A stretch of 64,000 nt of DNA from Sphyrna mokarran (Eukaryota): NCBI GenBank assembly GCA_024679065.1, contig JAGIQG010000012.1:87296001-87360000 (forward strand). The letters run 5' to 3'. Below the pieces are notes generated by a model. That model had not been told where the DNA came from and did no database searches. It saw nothing but the letters and a program-made list of their open reading frames with translations. The number at the start of each line of letters is the position of its first letter. The first letter of the stretch is position 1. Of this stretch, positions 61,684 through 64,000 are shown one piece after another. Position numbers and translations under genes: made by a program.

Positions 61684-62031
61684 CTCCATTGTCTGACCCA
61701 GTCCTCATGCAGTATCCAACAGTCAGCAAGGTGACAGAGGGTCAGACTGTCGACTTACAATGTGCCATGTACACTGCCAGTGTGATTGACACTGATGTCC
61801 ACTGGCATTACCAGAGAGCTGGCTACCACAGTGAGTGGCTGATCAGCCAGTTTGTGAATGGCACCGTTACCAAGTCCCGGGATTCCCACCACCGTTTCCA
61901 GCCTTCCCGGAATGTCAGCAGCAACAGCTACATTCTGACCATTGTGAATGTGACCCTCAATGATACAGCTGTGTACAGATGCAGTGTGTGGAGCTACATC
62001 TATGGAGCAGGGAGCCAGCTCAATGTCATTG
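61684..62031 (+). CDS. Joined VJ-type V-set exon V3 (divergent paralogue)
   Basis: ttttctttctcaatattaacag acceptor and G|GTAAAG donor, phase 1/1. Reads PVLMQYPTVSKVTEGQTVDLQC..DVHW..RFQPSRN..YILTI..DTAVYRCSVWSYIYGAGSQLNVI, with four N-glycosylation sequons. Confidence 0.9.
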
Positions 62032-62309
62032 GTAAAGTCAATGCTGAGTGACTGGTGTGTACATGGAATGGAAGGAAGCAGACAGAATGGCAGAGGGCTC
62101 ATGCAGGCTTTTGTTCCAGAGATTGGATTAGGTTGGGCTGGTTCAGAAGTCAGGCCTGGAGGGACATCAGTGAGAAACTGAATCACAGAATTGTAGAGGA
62201 GACTATTCGGCCCATCATGTCTTCACCATCGCTCTGAGTGCTCCACTCATCTCGCGCCATTCCCCCGCCTTCTCCCTGTAACACTGAACATTTCTCCACT
62301 TTAGATAAT

Positions 62310-63110
62310 ACCAGGTTAAAGTCCAACACGTTTATTTGGTAGCACAGACACTAGCTTTCAGAACGCTGACCCTTCATCAGGTAAGTGGGAATTCTATTCA
62401 TAAACAGGGCATATAAAATCACAAATTCAATTTACAAAGTAATGGTTGGAATGTGAGTCTTTACAGGTAATCAAGTCTTAAAGGGACAGATAATGTGAGT
62501 GGAAAGTGGGTTCAGCACAGGTTAAAGAGACGTGTATTGTCTCCAGACAGGACAGTTTGTGAGATTTTGCAAGCCCAGGCAAGTCATGTGGGTTACAGAT
62601 AGAGCGACATGAACCCAAGTTCTGTGATTGAGGCTGTCCTCATGTGTGTGGAACTTGGCTATCAGTCTCTGCTCAGTGACTCTGCGCTGTCATTTGTCAT
62701 GAAGGCCATCTTGGAGAACGCTTACTCAAAGATCAGAGGCTGAAGTGTTTGCCAACAGGAAGAGAACACTCTTGCCTGGTGATTGTCGAGCGATGTTCAT
62801 TCATCTGTTGTTGTAGCGTCTGCGTGGTCTCCCCAATGTACCATGCCTCGGACATCCTTTCCTGCAGCGAAACAGGGAGACAACATTGGCTGGGTTGCAA
62901 GTGTATATATCGTGTACCTGGTGGATTGTGTTCTCACGTGAGATGATGGCATCCGTGTCAAACATCCGGCATGTCTTACAGAGGTTGCTGTGGCAGGGTT
63001 GTGTGGTGTTGTATTCACTGTTCTCCTGAAGGTTGGGTAGTTTACTGCGAACAATGGTCTGTTCGAAATTGTGCGATTGTTTGAAGGCAAGAAATAGGGC
63101 TTGTAAAATC
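62310..63110 (-). mobile_element. Penelope-like element, GIY-YIG region
   Basis: PCHSNLCKTC..YTCNPANVVSLFRCRKGCP; 3' part homologous to 6890-7460. Confidence 0.82.
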
Positions 63111-63329
63111 TCATGATCTGTCCTGGACCCAAACCACTCACTGTGTGAATCTGTCTCCACCACACTCACAGACAGTGCATTCCAAATCCTCACCACTCGC
63201 TGTGTGAAAATGTTTTTCTTAATTTCGCTTTGATAAATTCCTTTATTTTGATACCCTGTGTTTCTCGATTTCACATTGGGAGCAGTTTCTCCCGATCTCT
63301 CTGTCAGACCTCCAGTGATTTTGAATTTG

Positions 63330-64000
63330 TGTCAAATTTGAAGAAACGAGACAGGATCTAAAAAGAGTGGATTGGGACAGGCTGTTCTCTGGTAAGGATA
63401 TGATTGGTAAGTGGGAGGCCTTCAAAGGGGAAATTTTGAGAGTGCAGAGTTTGTATGTTCCCGTCAGGATTAAAGGTAAAGTGAATAAGAATAAGGAACC
63501 TTGGTTTTTGAGGGATATTGTAATTCTGATAAAGAAAAAGAGAGAGATGTGTGACATGTATCGGCAACAGGGAACAAATAAGATACTAGAGGAGTTTAAA
63601 AAATGTAAGAAACTATTTAAGAAGGAAATCAGGAGGGCTAAAAGAAAACATAAGGATGCTTTGGCAGTCAAGGTGAAGGATAATCCTAAGAACTTAACTT
63701 CTACAGGTATATTAAGAGAAAAAGGATAGTAAGGGATAAAATTGGTTCTCTTGAAGATCAGAGTGTTCAACATTGTATGAAACCAAAAGAAATGGGGGAG
63801 ATATTAAATGGGTTTTTTGCATCTGTATTTATGAAAGAAACTGGTATGGAGTCTACAGAAATAAGGCAAACAAGTAGGGAGATCATGGAACCTTTACAGA
63901 TTAAAGGGGAGGAGGTGCTTGCTGTCTTGAGGTAAATCAGAGTAGATAAATCCCCAGGAGTGGACAGGGTATTCCCTCAGACCTTGAAGGAGATTAGTGT
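63330..64000 (+). mobile_element. CR1 ORF2 linker fragment running off the window
   Basis: WDRLFSGK..KEPWF..EIRRAKR; DKSPG near the end. Confidence 0.85.

Noticed and set aside
53339-62031. Naming the V exons as IGL/IGK/TRG V genes or as UrIg
   Set aside because: No RSS, no adjacent leader, too short a CDR3 and no constant exon in view. Orthology cannot be established without a database search.

Overview
Vertebrate genomic DNA, almost certainly elasmobranch (shark). The evidence is dense CR1-type LINEs with (TTCTATG)n tails, HE1-like tRNA/V-domain SINEs and Penelope fragments. Most of the window is nested retroelements, and there is one 100-N assembly gap at 49506-49605. Between the repeats lies part of an immunoglobulin-superfamily locus on the + strand. 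It has three identical signal-peptide exons (MISKTLFVLTLSLCVSG-G; 26017, 34904, 42683), each in its own duplicated promoter block. It also has three open V-set exons (53339, 55668, 61684) and one pseudo-exon (8747), each encoding a complete V domain with the J-like G strand already joined. None has a recombination signal sequence (RSS), all have the same 6-residue CDR3-equivalent loop, and all have phase 1/1 boundaries. These are non-rearranging, antigen-receptor-like V domains. The two closest paralogues keep near-identical frameworks but differ heavily, almost only non-synonymously, on the GFCC'C'' face. Each of these two is preceded by an AG-free minisatellite made of branch-point-like motifs. 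An inverted duplicate at the left edge suggests an oppositely oriented paralogue just outside the window. No C1, transmembrane or cytoplasmic exon could be identified with confidence, so the gene family is not named. Repeat boundaries are approximate and were read by eye.
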